Shown in pieces: positions 15,841 to 24,391 of a stretch of DNA of 34,014 nt; position 1 is the first letter of the stretch; every line of letters starts with the position of its first letter. The DNA comes from Chloroflexota bacterium (GTDB lineage Bacteria; Chloroflexota; Dehalococcoidia; Dehalococcoidales; UBA2162), in contig JACPSA010000016.1 of the NCBI GenBank assembly GCA_016193545.1, positions 1-34,014 on the forward strand, written 5' to 3'. The notes beneath the pieces were generated by a model. That model was given only the letters and a program-made list of their open reading frames with translations. It ran no database searches and had not been told where the DNA came from. The position numbers were made by a program, and so were the translations under genes.

Positions 15841-17025
15841 ATGGGAAAAGACATGGACTTTAAGTTTACCGAGGAGCAAGAAAGGTTCAGGCAGGAAGTC
15901 CGCAATTTTCTGGAAGAAGAACTTAAGCAAGGGTCTTTTCAGCCAAGCTGTGATGCCTGGATACAGGGTTACTCCCCGGAGTTCACCAAAAAGGTAGCCC
16001 ATCGGGGTTGGATTGGTTTAACCTGGCCTAAGGCATACGGCGGGCAAGGGCGCAGCAATATCGACCGCCTTATTCTTACGGAAGAGATGCTGCGCTGCGG
16101 AGCGCCGGCAGCCTGTCACTGGTTCGCCGACCGTCAGATAGGTCGCTCCATCATCGCCTTTGGTACCGAGGAGCAAAAGCAGGAACTACTACCCAGGATT
16201 CTGAGGGGTGAAGCCTATGTTGGACTGGGAATGAGTGAGCCGGAAGCCGGCTCTGACCTGGCATCTCTGCAGACCAGAGCCACTGCCGACGGCGATGACT
16301 ACATCATCGATGGGCAGAAGATGTGGACCAGTTGCGCCCGATTTATGACTGATATTTATCTGGTAGCCCGCACCGACCCGGCGGCACCTAAACAGCGGGG
16401 TATCAGCGAATTTGTTATCAGGGCCAACTTGCCGGGGATTACCATCACGCCGACGATAGATATTACCGGCAGTGAGGCCTGGGCCGAGGTCTTTTTTGAT
16501 GGCGTACGGGTTTCTAAGAACTATCTGGTCGGGGAGAAAAACCGTGGCTTCTACCAGATACTCAACCAGCTTGACTACGAGCGTGCCGGGCTGGAGCGGC
16601 TGATGGGTAACTATCCTCTCTTCGACGCCATTGTCCAATTTGCCCGTGAAACCAAACGGAACGGCAGACCTCTGGCTGAGGATACATTAGTCCGGCATAA
16701 ACTGGCGCAACTCCAGATTGAATTTGAAGTCGGGCGTTTGCTGATTTACCGGGTAGTCCTGGTCATGGATGAAGGCCGTGCCCCTAACTGGGAAGCGGCT
16801 ATGGCTAAGGTTTATAGTACTGCCTTTGAGCAACACCTGGCTAATATGGCAATCGAGATTTTAGGACTCTACGGGCAGTTAGTAGCCGGCTCTAAATGGG
16901 TGCCTGTTGCCGGTATGGCATCCCATTCATACCTGGCTTCCAAGGGTTATAGCCTGCAGGCTGGGACTTCAGAGATTCTACGTAATATCGTGGCTTTAAG
17001 AGGACTGGGATTACCGGAGAGTTAA
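15841..17025 (+). CDS. Acyl-CoA dehydrogenase family protein, probably the catalytic partner of a paired ACAD.
   Basis: 394-aa ORF with the canonical signature GLGMSEPEAGSDLAS. The MCAD-position Glu is absent (SLQAGTSEI instead of IYEGTNE). A Glu occurs at the IVD/LCAD-type position (LNQLDYERAGL). An alternative start is the ATG at 15853. Confidence 0.9.
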   Translation: MGKDMDFKFTEEQERFRQEVRNFLEEELKQGSFQPSCDAWIQGYSPEFTKKVAHRGWIGLTWPKAYGGQGRSNIDRLILTEEMLRCGAPAACHWFADRQIGRSIIAFGTEEQKQELLPRILRGEAYVGLGMSEPEAGSDLASLQTRATADGDDYIIDGQKMWTSCARFMTDIYLVARTDPAAPKQRGISEFVIRANLPGITITPTIDITGSEAWAEVFFDGVRVSKNYLVGEKNRGFYQILNQLDYERAGLERLMGNYPLFDAIVQFARETKRNGRPLAEDTLVRHKLAQLQIEFEVGRLLIYRVVLVMDEGRAPNWEAAMAKVYSTAFEQHLANMAIEILGLYGQLVAGSKWVPVAGMASHSYLASKGYSLQAGTSEILRNIVALRGLGLPES

Positions 17026-17055
17026 TCAGTGGTTAATAAGTGAAGGAGAAGAATA

Positions 17056-18189
17056 ATGAATTTTACTCTTTCTGAAGAACAGGAAATGCTCAAGAAGATA
17101 GCACGTGATTTCCTGATTGATAAATGTCCCAAAACACTGGTCAGAGAAATGGTGGCGGATGAGAAGGGCTACTCGCCGGAAGTGTGGCGGGAGATGGCCA
17201 GGTTAGGCTGGGTGGGGCTGGCGTTTCCGGAAAAGTACGGCGGTAACGGCATGAGTTTTCTTGACCTGGCAGTGCTGCTCGAGGAGATGGGACGGGCATG
17301 TCTGCCGTCGCCTTTCTTCTCTACGGTAGTGCTTGGCGGTCTGCCTATCCTCGAGGCTGGTAGTGAGGAGCAGAAACAACAGTATTTACCCCGCATTGGC
17401 AGTGGTGAAACAATCTTTACTCTGGCTTTAACTGAAACCAGTGCCCGCTATGATGCCGCCTCAATAAATGTTAAGGCGATGGCTGATAAAGAGACCTATG
17501 TCATCAGTGGCACCAAGCTCTTTGTTCCTGATGCGCACATCGCCGATTATTTGTTGTGTGTCGCCAGGACTAATGAAGCAGCGGCTACGGAAAACGGGAT
17601 TACCCTTTTTATCGTGGATGCCAGAAGTCAAGGTATCAAATCTACAGTTTTGAGAACAATTGCCGGCGATAAGCTGTGCGAGGTGGTTTTTGACCGGGTA
17701 CGGGTGCCAGGGAAGAATATTCTGGGTCGGCTGGATGGGGGGTGGAGCGTAATATCAAGGGTGATAGAGCAGGCGGCCGTAGCCAAATGCTGTGAAATGG
17801 TGGGCTCCATGCAGCAGGTATTGGAGATGACCGTGGCTTATGCTAAGGAAAGGAAACAGTTCGACCGCCATATCGGCAGCTTTCAGGCAATACAGCACTA
17901 CTGTGCTAATATGGCTACCGATGTCGATGGCTCAAGGTTCACTACCTACCAGGCAGCCTGGATGCTGAGCGAGGGGCTTCCCTGTGCTAAAGAGGTGGCT
18001 ATCGCCAAAGCCTGGGCGGGTGAAGCTTATAGTCGAGTAAGTACGCTGGCGCACCAGGTTCACGGCGCCATTGGCTGTACCATCGACCATGACTTACAGT
18101 TCTACACCAAGCAGGGCAAGGCGGCGGCGCTGACTTTTGGCGATGGCGATTTCTATCGGGAGATAGTAGCCCAAAAAATGGGGCTATGA
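17056..18189 (+). CDS. Acyl-CoA dehydrogenase family protein with degenerate signatures, probably a non-catalytic partner.
   Basis: 377-aa ORF with SD GAAGGAGAAG. Signature 1 is degenerate (ALTETSARYDAAS in place of [ST]E..[GSAN]G[ST]D). There is no Glu at the MCAD position (TFGDGDFY) or at the IVD position (RVIEQAAVA). Confidence 0.85.
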   Translation: MNFTLSEEQEMLKKIARDFLIDKCPKTLVREMVADEKGYSPEVWREMARLGWVGLAFPEKYGGNGMSFLDLAVLLEEMGRACLPSPFFSTVVLGGLPILEAGSEEQKQQYLPRIGSGETIFTLALTETSARYDAASINVKAMADKETYVISGTKLFVPDAHIADYLLCVARTNEAAATENGITLFIVDARSQGIKSTVLRTIAGDKLCEVVFDRVRVPGKNILGRLDGGWSVISRVIEQAAVAKCCEMVGSMQQVLEMTVAYAKERKQFDRHIGSFQAIQHYCANMATDVDGSRFTTYQAAWMLSEGLPCAKEVAIAKAWAGEAYSRVSTLAHQVHGAIGCTIDHDLQFYTKQGKAAALTFGDGDFYREIVAQKMGL

Positions 18190-19038
18190 TGCCATAGATT
18201 CTAGCCTGGACAATACCTCGTTTATCGTTTCCTGGGCTGTGGAAGCACCGCTGGTGATACCGATATGGTGGTGACCTTTTAGCCAGGCAGGCTGAATTTC
18301 TCCGGCAGTTTCAACCAGATAGGTCGGGCAAACCGTGGCGCATAACTCGGTGAGGTGGTTGGTATTGGCACTGGTATGACTGCCGATAACGAGCATTAGG
18401 TCTACCCGATTTGCCAGCTCAAGGGCGGCTTGTTGGCGCTCTCTGATGTCGTGACATATCGTATCGATAATACGTAGCTCGGAATCTTTCGTCAGAGCAA
18501 AATCAATAATATTCTTGACAAATTGGTTAAAGCGAGCCGGTATCTGGGTTGTCTGCGATAGAATCCCCAGGCGGCGGGGCAGCGGCTCAAGTGTGGCTAT
18601 AAACTTATCATCTAGCGTTGCTATACCCTTACTACCGGTCCAGCCCAGAATACCTTTGACTTCAGGATGGTCAGCGTCGCCGTAGATGATGACCCAGAAG
18701 CCAGATCTGGCTAGTCGGCGAGCGGCTATCTGAGCGCGGTGCACAAAGGGACAGGTAGTGTTAATAACTTCAGCACACTTAGTCCGGAGCTCCTCTTCTA
18801 TCTGTGGGATTACCCCGTGAGTACCGATAGCCACAGTATTACCTTTGATATTATCGATACTACTGGCTACGCTGATACCGATGCCAGCCAGCCTCTGCAT
18901 TACCTGTTTGTTGTGGACAACCGGGCCTAATGTCTCCACCCGGCTGCGTTCATGGGTAATCTTTTCCAGAATATCGATAGCGCGCTTAACCCCGTAGCAA
19001 AACCCGATTGCGGCAACTTTTTCAATCTTTAATGCCAT
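18184..19038 (-). CDS. ispH: 4-hydroxy-3-methylbut-2-enyl diphosphate reductase.
   Basis: 284-aa ORF with GFCYGVKRAI, GPVVHNKQV, NTTCPFVHR, VIGSHTSANTNHL and GITSGASTA. It overlaps the convergent ACAD stop by 6 nt. Confidence 0.92.
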   Translation of the reverse strand: MALKIEKVAAIGFCYGVKRAIDILEKITHERSRVETLGPVVHNKQVMQRLAGIGISVASSIDNIKGNTVAIGTHGVIPQIEEELRTKCAEVINTTCPFVHRAQIAARRLARSGFWVIIYGDADHPEVKGILGWTGSKGIATLDDKFIATLEPLPRRLGILSQTTQIPARFNQFVKNIIDFALTKDSELRIIDTICHDIRERQQAALELANRVDLMLVIGSHTSANTNHLTELCATVCPTYLVETAGEIQPAWLKGHHHIGITSGASTAQETINEVLSRLESMAS

Positions 19039-19684
19039 CAGACTTCCCTACCTGCATGTAATGACCCCGGTATTCTACTGGGAGAAGCTTAGCGATGTGT
19101 TCCATGATAAAGTCGGTGAGTTCAGTTAGCCTTTCTTTTGATGACTTACCATCGACTGGAGGCAGATGAAAGGGTAAGCCGATATGGAGTGTTATCTGCG
19201 GACGGCGCAGCAGCCAGCTTATTCCCCTGATTTTTTCGGTGCCGGTAATGGCCACCGGCAGAATGGGTGCGCCGCTGCGCAGGGCGATTAGTGCCGAACC
19301 GGGGAAAGCCGGCTGCAATTGTGCGTTCTGGCTCCTCGTTGCTTCCGGGAATATGACCAGAGCTGAGCCTTCGGCCAGGATTTTCTCAGCCTGACGTAAT
19401 GCCTGTCTGTCCACCTGCCCCCGGTGTACGGGAAAAGCACCAAAGCTACGGATAACGTAGCCGGATAATCGGCCGCGGAATAGTTCCTCTTTTGCCATAA
19501 ATATTACTTTCCGACCGAGGCTGACCCCGATTAGCGGCGGGTCAGCCAGGTGAAGATGATTGGCTACCACCAGTAATGGCCCCTGGCTGGGAATATTTTC
19601 TCTGCCCCTGACCTGACATCGAGTGAACAGGAACAGTAGTATTCTTACGGTTAGTCGGCCGGCATGATAGACCAAGGATGCCAT
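19022..19684 (-). CDS. plsC: 1-acyl-sn-glycerol-3-phosphate acyltransferase family protein.
   Basis: 220-aa ORF with the HX4D motif in VANHLHLADP, plus FPEATRS and PILPVAITG. SD GAGGT precedes the ATG. It overlaps the ispH start by 17 nt. Confidence 0.87.
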   Translation of the reverse strand: MASLVYHAGRLTVRILLFLFTRCQVRGRENIPSQGPLLVVANHLHLADPPLIGVSLGRKVIFMAKEELFRGRLSGYVIRSFGAFPVHRGQVDRQALRQAEKILAEGSALVIFPEATRSQNAQLQPAFPGSALIALRSGAPILPVAITGTEKIRGISWLLRRPQITLHIGLPFHLPPVDGKSSKERLTELTDFIMEHIAKLLPVEYRGHYMQVGKSDGIKD

Positions 19685-19802
19685 GCTACCTCACATAGTA
19701 AGGCGTTTGGTATCTGTCCATTATAGCTCATGGCTGGAGATAAAGACAAACAATACAGATTGTTGGTTGACCTCACCCCTTCAAAAAAGTTAGTAACAGG
19801 GC

Positions 19803-19832
19803 TTGACAAACAATATTTAAATCTTTTATAAT
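19803..19832 (+). promoter_or_regulatory. Candidate sigma70-type promoter of fur.
   Basis: TTGACA (19803-19808), an 18-nt spacer, then TATAAT (19827-19832). Confidence 0.5.
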
Positions 19833-19835
19833 GTA

Positions 19836-19854
19836 ATTGCAAGTGAAAAGCATT
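19836..19854 (+). promoter_or_regulatory. Candidate Fur-family operator, copy 1, just downstream of the fur -10 element.
   Basis: ATTGCAAGTGAAAAGCATT matches ATTGCAAATGAGAAGCATT at 20336-20354 in 17 of 19 positions. Confidence 0.4.
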
Positions 19855-19867
19855 AGCAAATAAACCG

Positions 19868-20320
19868 ATGAATATTCAAAGTAAAGCATTAAAGGAGAAA
19901 CGCCAGGCGTTGAATGTGCCCGGGCTAAGGGTTACCAATCAGAGGGCTTTAATTCTGGAGGTTATTCGCCACGGGAAGGGGCACCTGGACGCTGATGAAA
20001 TCTACCGCCGGGCGCGGGAAAAGCAACACCGGCTCAGCCTATCCACCGTTTACCGGACCCTGCAGATGCTCAAGAAACTGGGTATGGTCGAAGAACACCA
20101 TTTTGATGATGAACACCACCACTATGAGATAAAACCATCTATCGACCACCACCATCTGACCTGTCTCGGCTGCGGTCGGGTTATTGAATTTAAGTACCCG
20201 CTAACCCGCCTGGTGAAAAGAGATGTCCCTGAAGCTAAAAATTTCGATATTACCCAGACTGAGTTACATATCGCCGGGTACTGTGCCGAGTGCCGGAAAA
20301 AGAGACAAGACGGAAAATAA
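19868..20320 (+). CDS. fur: Fur-family metalloregulator (ferric uptake regulator-like).
   Basis: 150-aa ORF with RVTNQRALILEVI, LSLSTVYRTLQMLKKLGMV, a His-rich HHFDDEHHHYEIKPSIDHHHLTC segment, and the CxxC pairs CLGCG and CAECR. No clear SD precedes 19868, so the start is somewhat uncertain. Confidence 0.9.
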   Translation: MNIQSKALKEKRQALNVPGLRVTNQRALILEVIRHGKGHLDADEIYRRAREKQHRLSLSTVYRTLQMLKKLGMVEEHHFDDEHHHYEIKPSIDHHHLTCLGCGRVIEFKYPLTRLVKRDVPEAKNFDITQTELHIAGYCAECRKKRQDGK

Positions 20321-20335
20321 TTTTTTGCCTGGCTT

Positions 20336-20356
20336 ATTGCAAATGAGAAGCATTTG
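20336..20356 (+). promoter_or_regulatory. Candidate Fur-family operator, copy 2, at the head of the iron-transport cluster.
   Basis: ATTGCAAATGAGAAGCATTTG contains the 6-5-6 inverted repeat CAAATG-AGAAG-CATTTG. It lies between a possible -35 (TTGCAA, 20337-20342) and a possible -10 (TAATAA, 20361-20366). Confidence 0.4.
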
Positions 20357-20397
20357 TATCTAATAAAATACTAAAGACTGGAGGAGGTGAAACCAAT

Positions 20398-20538
20398 ATG
20401 TGGATTTTCAGTTTAGCAATCCTGGCGTTCGTAGTTAGCGCCTATGGAGCAACAGAACCGCAGACGCCCACCATATACTCAAGGCGGCGTGAAGAGCCGG
20501 TTCTATCCATTTTTGACCAGTTATATCTAATACAGTGA
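20398..20538 (+). CDS. Small ORF (46 aa) with an N-terminal hydrophobic or signal-like segment. It falls below the ORF-track length cutoff.
   Basis: GGAGGAGGTGA (20380-20390) lies 7 nt before the ATG. The translation is MWIFSLAILAFVVSAYGATEPQTPTIYSRRREEPVLSIFDQLYLIQ, with a stop at 20536-20538. Confidence 0.45.
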   Translation: MWIFSLAILAFVVSAYGATEPQTPTIYSRRREEPVLSIFDQLYLIQ

Positions 20539-20621
20539 TAACTGGAAGAGCAGTATGAATAAAGACTGTTCTTAAGGAACCAAAGGAATTTATCATTACT
20601 GAAGAGGAGGTAACTTAATAA

Positions 20622-21479
20622 ATGCACAGGAACAAATGGATTTACAGTTTGGCCAGTTTGATGCTGGCAGCCACATTAATATTCGGCGCCTGCACACCGG
20701 CGGCTGAGACTACCCCGAAGAAACAGACATTGACCGTATATTCGGGCCGGTCCGAAGCACTGGTTAAGCCAATAATTGCGGAGTTCAGTAAGTCTACGGG
20801 CATCAAAGTTCAGGTACGCTATGCCGGCACTTCGGAAATGGCAGCTACCATTCTGGAAGAGGGAAAGAACAGCCCGGCGGATGTCTTCTTTGCCCAAGAC
20901 CCTGGCGGACTGGGTGCAGTGGAGTCACTGCTGATGCCACTCCCGGATAGTATTTCTAACCAAGTATCACCGCAGTTCCGCTCGTCCAATGGAACCTGGG
21001 TAGGCATCTCGGGACGAGCCCGAGTGGTCGTTTACAATACACAGAAGCTAAAAGAATCCGACTTGCCTGACGATATCTGGGATTTCACTGACCCCAAATG
21101 GAAAGGGCGTATCGGCTGGGCGCCAACCAATGCCTCTTTTCAGGCGATGGTCACAGCCATGCGGGTGCTGTGGGGCCAAGAGAAGACCCGCCAGTGGTTA
21201 ACGGGCATACAAGCCAATAATCCGAAAGTCTATCCTAATAACACAGCGCAAGTTAATGCTGTCGGCGCTGGCGAAGTTGACGTGGCCATGCCGAACCACT
21301 ACTATCTCTACGGCATCCTTCGTGATAAAGGAGAATCCTTCCCGGCACGGAACTACTACCCGAGAGGTGGCGGGCCGGGTGCCGTCATCCTGGTGGCGGG
21401 AGCGGGCATACTGGAAACTTCTCAAAACAAGGACGCTGCTACGCGCTTTCTGGAGTTCATGCTTTCACGTACCCGGTAG
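20622..21479 (+). CDS. Fe(III) ABC transporter substrate-binding lipoprotein (FbpA/AfuA-like), prematurely terminated by a frameshift.
   Basis: It has SD GAGGAGGT and a signal peptide with lipobox LIFGAC. The body carries TVYSGRSE, VRYAGTSEMAATI, DVFFAQDPG, VGISGRARVVVYN and RFLEFMLS, then stops abruptly. The expected C-terminus continues in another frame (next feature). Confidence 0.85.
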   Translation: MHRNKWIYSLASLMLAATLIFGACTPAAETTPKKQTLTVYSGRSEALVKPIIAEFSKSTGIKVQVRYAGTSEMAATILEEGKNSPADVFFAQDPGGLGAVESLLMPLPDSISNQVSPQFRSSNGTWVGISGRARVVVYNTQKLKESDLPDDIWDFTDPKWKGRIGWAPTNASFQAMVTAMRVLWGQEKTRQWLTGIQANNPKVYPNNTAQVNAVGAGEVDVAMPNHYYLYGILRDKGESFPARNYYPRGGGPGAVILVAGAGILETSQNKDAATRFLEFMLSRTR

Positions 21480-21610
21480 TAGCGGGAATTATAACCCATT
21501 CCTTGCTAAAACCACTATCGGAAATTAAGAGCCCTGAAATCAGCATGGCTGACATGGTTGATCTCAAGGGCACACTAGCCTTACTGCGGGAAACAGGGAT
21601 AATTCCATAA
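21467..21610 (+). pseudogene. Out-of-frame 3' remainder of the Fe(III)-binding protein gene.
   Basis: The frame starting at 21467 reads TYPVVAGIITHSLLKPLSEIKSPEISMADMVDLKGTLALLRETGIIP, with a stop at 21608-21610. This is the typical FbpA-family C-terminus (EYP(L/V)v.Gv ... dl..t..LL.e.Gll). The otherwise unexplained 147-bp gap before the permease gene is filled by it. Confidence 0.6.
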
Positions 21611-21626
21611 CATTAGGGGTGGTGGC

Positions 21627-23267
21627 ATGGGAGTGGTGATAGGTAAAACTTTAAGCCTGATAGGCAGACTTGGCCGGGCTGGCCAGGGGACCCACATCCC
21701 CAGGCCCCCGGTCATTATCTGGCTACCGGCCGTCTTTATCGCCCTGGGGGTATTACTACCCCAGGCTTACCTGGTGCTGCGAGCGCTGGGAGCCGGCGGG
21801 GAGATATGGGAGCTACTGTTCCGTACCCGAACTCTGGCTATTCTTGGGCGGACAGTAGCCCTGGTGATAGCAGTGACAGCAGTATCACTAGCTATATCCC
21901 TGCCGCTAGCCTGGTTAACGACCCGAACCGACCTTCCTCTACGGCGGGTGTGGTCGGTACTGACAGCTCTGCCACTGGTGATACCGAGCTACGTAGCTGG
22001 CTTCACCGTTGTCGCTGCTCTGGGGCCACGCGGGATACTCCAGCAATTGCTGGCTGAACCCTTTGGTCTGGAGCGACTGCCCGAAATTTATGGCTTCCCC
22101 GGTGCTCTGCTTACCGTCACCGCGGTCAGCTATCCGTACCTGCTACTGGCTCTTCAGGCAGCGTTCCACGGGCTGGACCCATGTCTGGAAGAAGCTTCAC
22201 ATAGTCTAGGGTATGGTTCCTGGGACACCTTCCGCCGTATTACCTTACCGCAGTTGCGTCCAGCCCTAGCTGCCGGTTCTCTGCTGGTCGCTCTCTATAC
22301 ACTCAGGGATTTCGGCGGGGTATCACTCCTGCGCTATGAGACCTTCACCTGGGCAATCTACATCCAGTACCAGACATCCATCGACCGAATGTCTGCTGCT
22401 GCCCTGTCGCTGGTTCTGGTGGCTTTAGCGGTTACAATACTGTTAATCGAGACTCGCACCCAAAGCCGAGCCCGCTACTATCGTAGTACTGTCGGCGTTG
22501 TCCATCTACCGACACAGCGACAACTGGGGCGGTGGCGTTGGCCAGCACTGGGCTTTTGTGTCTCTGTTGTACTTCTGACCTTAGCTATGCCCATGGCCAT
22601 CCTTGTCTACTGGACAACTAGCGGGATGTCCGCCGGTGAGTCGCTTCGCCTAGCATGGGGTTCAGCTCTCAATTCGGCATATGTTTCCGGACTGGCTGCG
22701 GCCATTACCGCAGTCGCTGCCCTGCCCATAGCTATCCTGGCGGTACGCTACGCCGGGAAGTCCGGCCGATTACCGGAACGGGTCACTTATGTTGGCTTTG
22801 CCTTACCTGGAATTGTCATTGCCCTGGCGCTGGTCTTTTTCGGTGCCAATTACGCCACGCCAATCTACCAGACCCTGGGAATATTGCTCTTTGCCTATCT
22901 AATTCTATTTTTGCCACAGGCGGTTGGCTCCACCCGGACTTCACTTCTTCAGATTAGTCCGCACGTTGAGGAAGCCGCCCGCAGCCTGGGACGAAGTGTC
23001 CGGCAAACTCTGATTACGGTAACCCTGCCCTTGGTACGGCCCGGCGTACTCGCCGGAGCAGCCCTCGTCTTTCTGACCACGATGAAAGAGCTACCGGCAA
23101 CTCTTCTTTTAAGTCCAATCGGCTTCAAAACACTAGCCACCTCAGTCTGGTCGGCTACTTCTGAATCCCTCTTTGCTCAGGCGGCAGTACCTGCCCTACT
23201 TTTAATCGTGCTGTCCTCAATACCCATGGCGCTGCTGGTCACCCGGCAGCCGAAGGAGATATCATGA
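21627..23267 (+). CDS. Fe(III) ABC transporter permease (two fused MetI-like domains, FbpB/AfuB-like).
   Basis: 546-aa polytopic ORF with two EAA-loop regions (LEEASHSLGYGSWDTFRRITLPQLRPAL and VEEAARSLGRSVRQTLITVTLPLVRPG). Its stop overlaps the ATPase start (ATGA at 23264-23267). Confidence 0.9.
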   Translation: MGVVIGKTLSLIGRLGRAGQGTHIPRPPVIIWLPAVFIALGVLLPQAYLVLRALGAGGEIWELLFRTRTLAILGRTVALVIAVTAVSLAISLPLAWLTTRTDLPLRRVWSVLTALPLVIPSYVAGFTVVAALGPRGILQQLLAEPFGLERLPEIYGFPGALLTVTAVSYPYLLLALQAAFHGLDPCLEEASHSLGYGSWDTFRRITLPQLRPALAAGSLLVALYTLRDFGGVSLLRYETFTWAIYIQYQTSIDRMSAAALSLVLVALAVTILLIETRTQSRARYYRSTVGVVHLPTQRQLGRWRWPALGFCVSVVLLTLAMPMAILVYWTTSGMSAGESLRLAWGSALNSAYVSGLAAAITAVAALPIAILAVRYAGKSGRLPERVTYVGFALPGIVIALALVFFGANYATPIYQTLGILLFAYLILFLPQAVGSTRTSLLQISPHVEEAARSLGRSVRQTLITVTLPLVRPGVLAGAALVFLTTMKELPATLLLSPIGFKTLATSVWSATSESLFAQAAVPALLLIVLSSIPMALLVTRQPKEIS

Positions 23268-24361
23268 GCCGAGTTGCTGTACGCTGTCAAAACGTGAGTA
23301 AGAGGTTCGGGCAAACCCCGGCCGTCAACGGTATTAACTTAGAACTGACTGAGGGAAGCTTCCTGGCTCTACTGGGTCCCAGCGGCTGTGGCAAGACCAC
23401 ATTGCTACGCCTCATCGCCGGGTTGGAAACACCTGACCACGGAACTATCGAAGTGGACGGCAAATTTGTGTCCGCTCCTGGCTTATTTGTCCCGCCGGAG
23501 AAGCGGCGAGTGGGCATCGTCTTCCAGGATTACGCCCTCTTCCCTCACCTTAGTGTCGCCGATAATATCGCCTACGGCTTAGCCCGCTCTGCCGACCGCA
23601 GGGCACGGGTTGAAGAGATGCTGTCCCTGGTAGGGATGAGGAATTTTCAGAAGCGAATGCCCCACGAGCTTTCCGGAGGAGAACAGCAGCGAGTTGCGAT
23701 TGCCCGGGCACTGGCGCCGGCACCGGAGGTATTGCTGCTGGATGAACCATTCTCCAATCTGGATGCCGACTTGCGCTCCCGAATAAGAAATGAAGTCAAA
23801 GACATACTGGCCTACGCCAGAGCTACTGTTATTTTTGTTACCCACGACCAGGAAGAGGCCCTGTTTATGGGCGACCGTGTCGGTGTGATGAACCGGGGAC
23901 AACTGGAGCAATTCGACAGGCCAGAGGCTATTTTCCACACTCCGGCTACCCCGTTCGTAGCCCAGTTTGTCGGCACTGCCGATTTCTTAAGCGGCAAGAT
24001 TGAAAACGGGTCAGTAGCTACTGAGGTTGGAAAGCTGCCCATTTATGACCATCTGCCTTCTGGTATGACAGTGAAAGCCATGATACGCCCTGACTACCTC
24101 GATATCAACCCGGCGGCTGATGGCCTGGGCGAAATCATAGACCGTGTGTTTCAGGGAATGCACTATCTTTACCGGGTACGGTTGCCGTCTGGAGCTACCA
24201 TTCGCAGCCTGCAGCATCACACTCGAGACTATCCAGTTGGTGAGCGAGTTTCGTTTCATATGAATTCGGACCATGCTGTAACCTGCTTTGAATCGGCTAA
24301 AAGCAACGGAGATGGGATGGTCGGCATAGTGAGAGATGAAGACAAGAACAACAACCAATGA
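23264..24361 (+). CDS. ABC importer ATP-binding protein (FbpC/PotA-like) with a C-terminal TOBE-like domain.
   Basis: Walker A is GPSGCGKTT, the signature is LSGGEQQRVAIARAL, and Walker B is LLLDEPFSNLD. VTHDQEEA is also present. Confidence 0.93.
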   Translation: MSRVAVRCQNVSKRFGQTPAVNGINLELTEGSFLALLGPSGCGKTTLLRLIAGLETPDHGTIEVDGKFVSAPGLFVPPEKRRVGIVFQDYALFPHLSVADNIAYGLARSADRRARVEEMLSLVGMRNFQKRMPHELSGGEQQRVAIARALAPAPEVLLLDEPFSNLDADLRSRIRNEVKDILAYARATVIFVTHDQEEALFMGDRVGVMNRGQLEQFDRPEAIFHTPATPFVAQFVGTADFLSGKIENGSVATEVGKLPIYDHLPSGMTVKAMIRPDYLDINPAADGLGEIIDRVFQGMHYLYRVRLPSGATIRSLQHHTRDYPVGERVSFHMNSDHAVTCFESAKSNGDGMVGIVRDEDKNNNQ

Positions 24362-24391
24362 AAGGAGAATGAAAGGAGGAGGTAACAACAA

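Noticed and set aside
20546-20575. Hairpin AGAGCAGT-N10-ACTGTTCT between the small ORF and the binding-protein gene, considered as an attenuator or terminator.
   Set aside because: The stem needs a G-U pair, the loop is 10 nt, and no T-tract follows. The evidence is insufficient.
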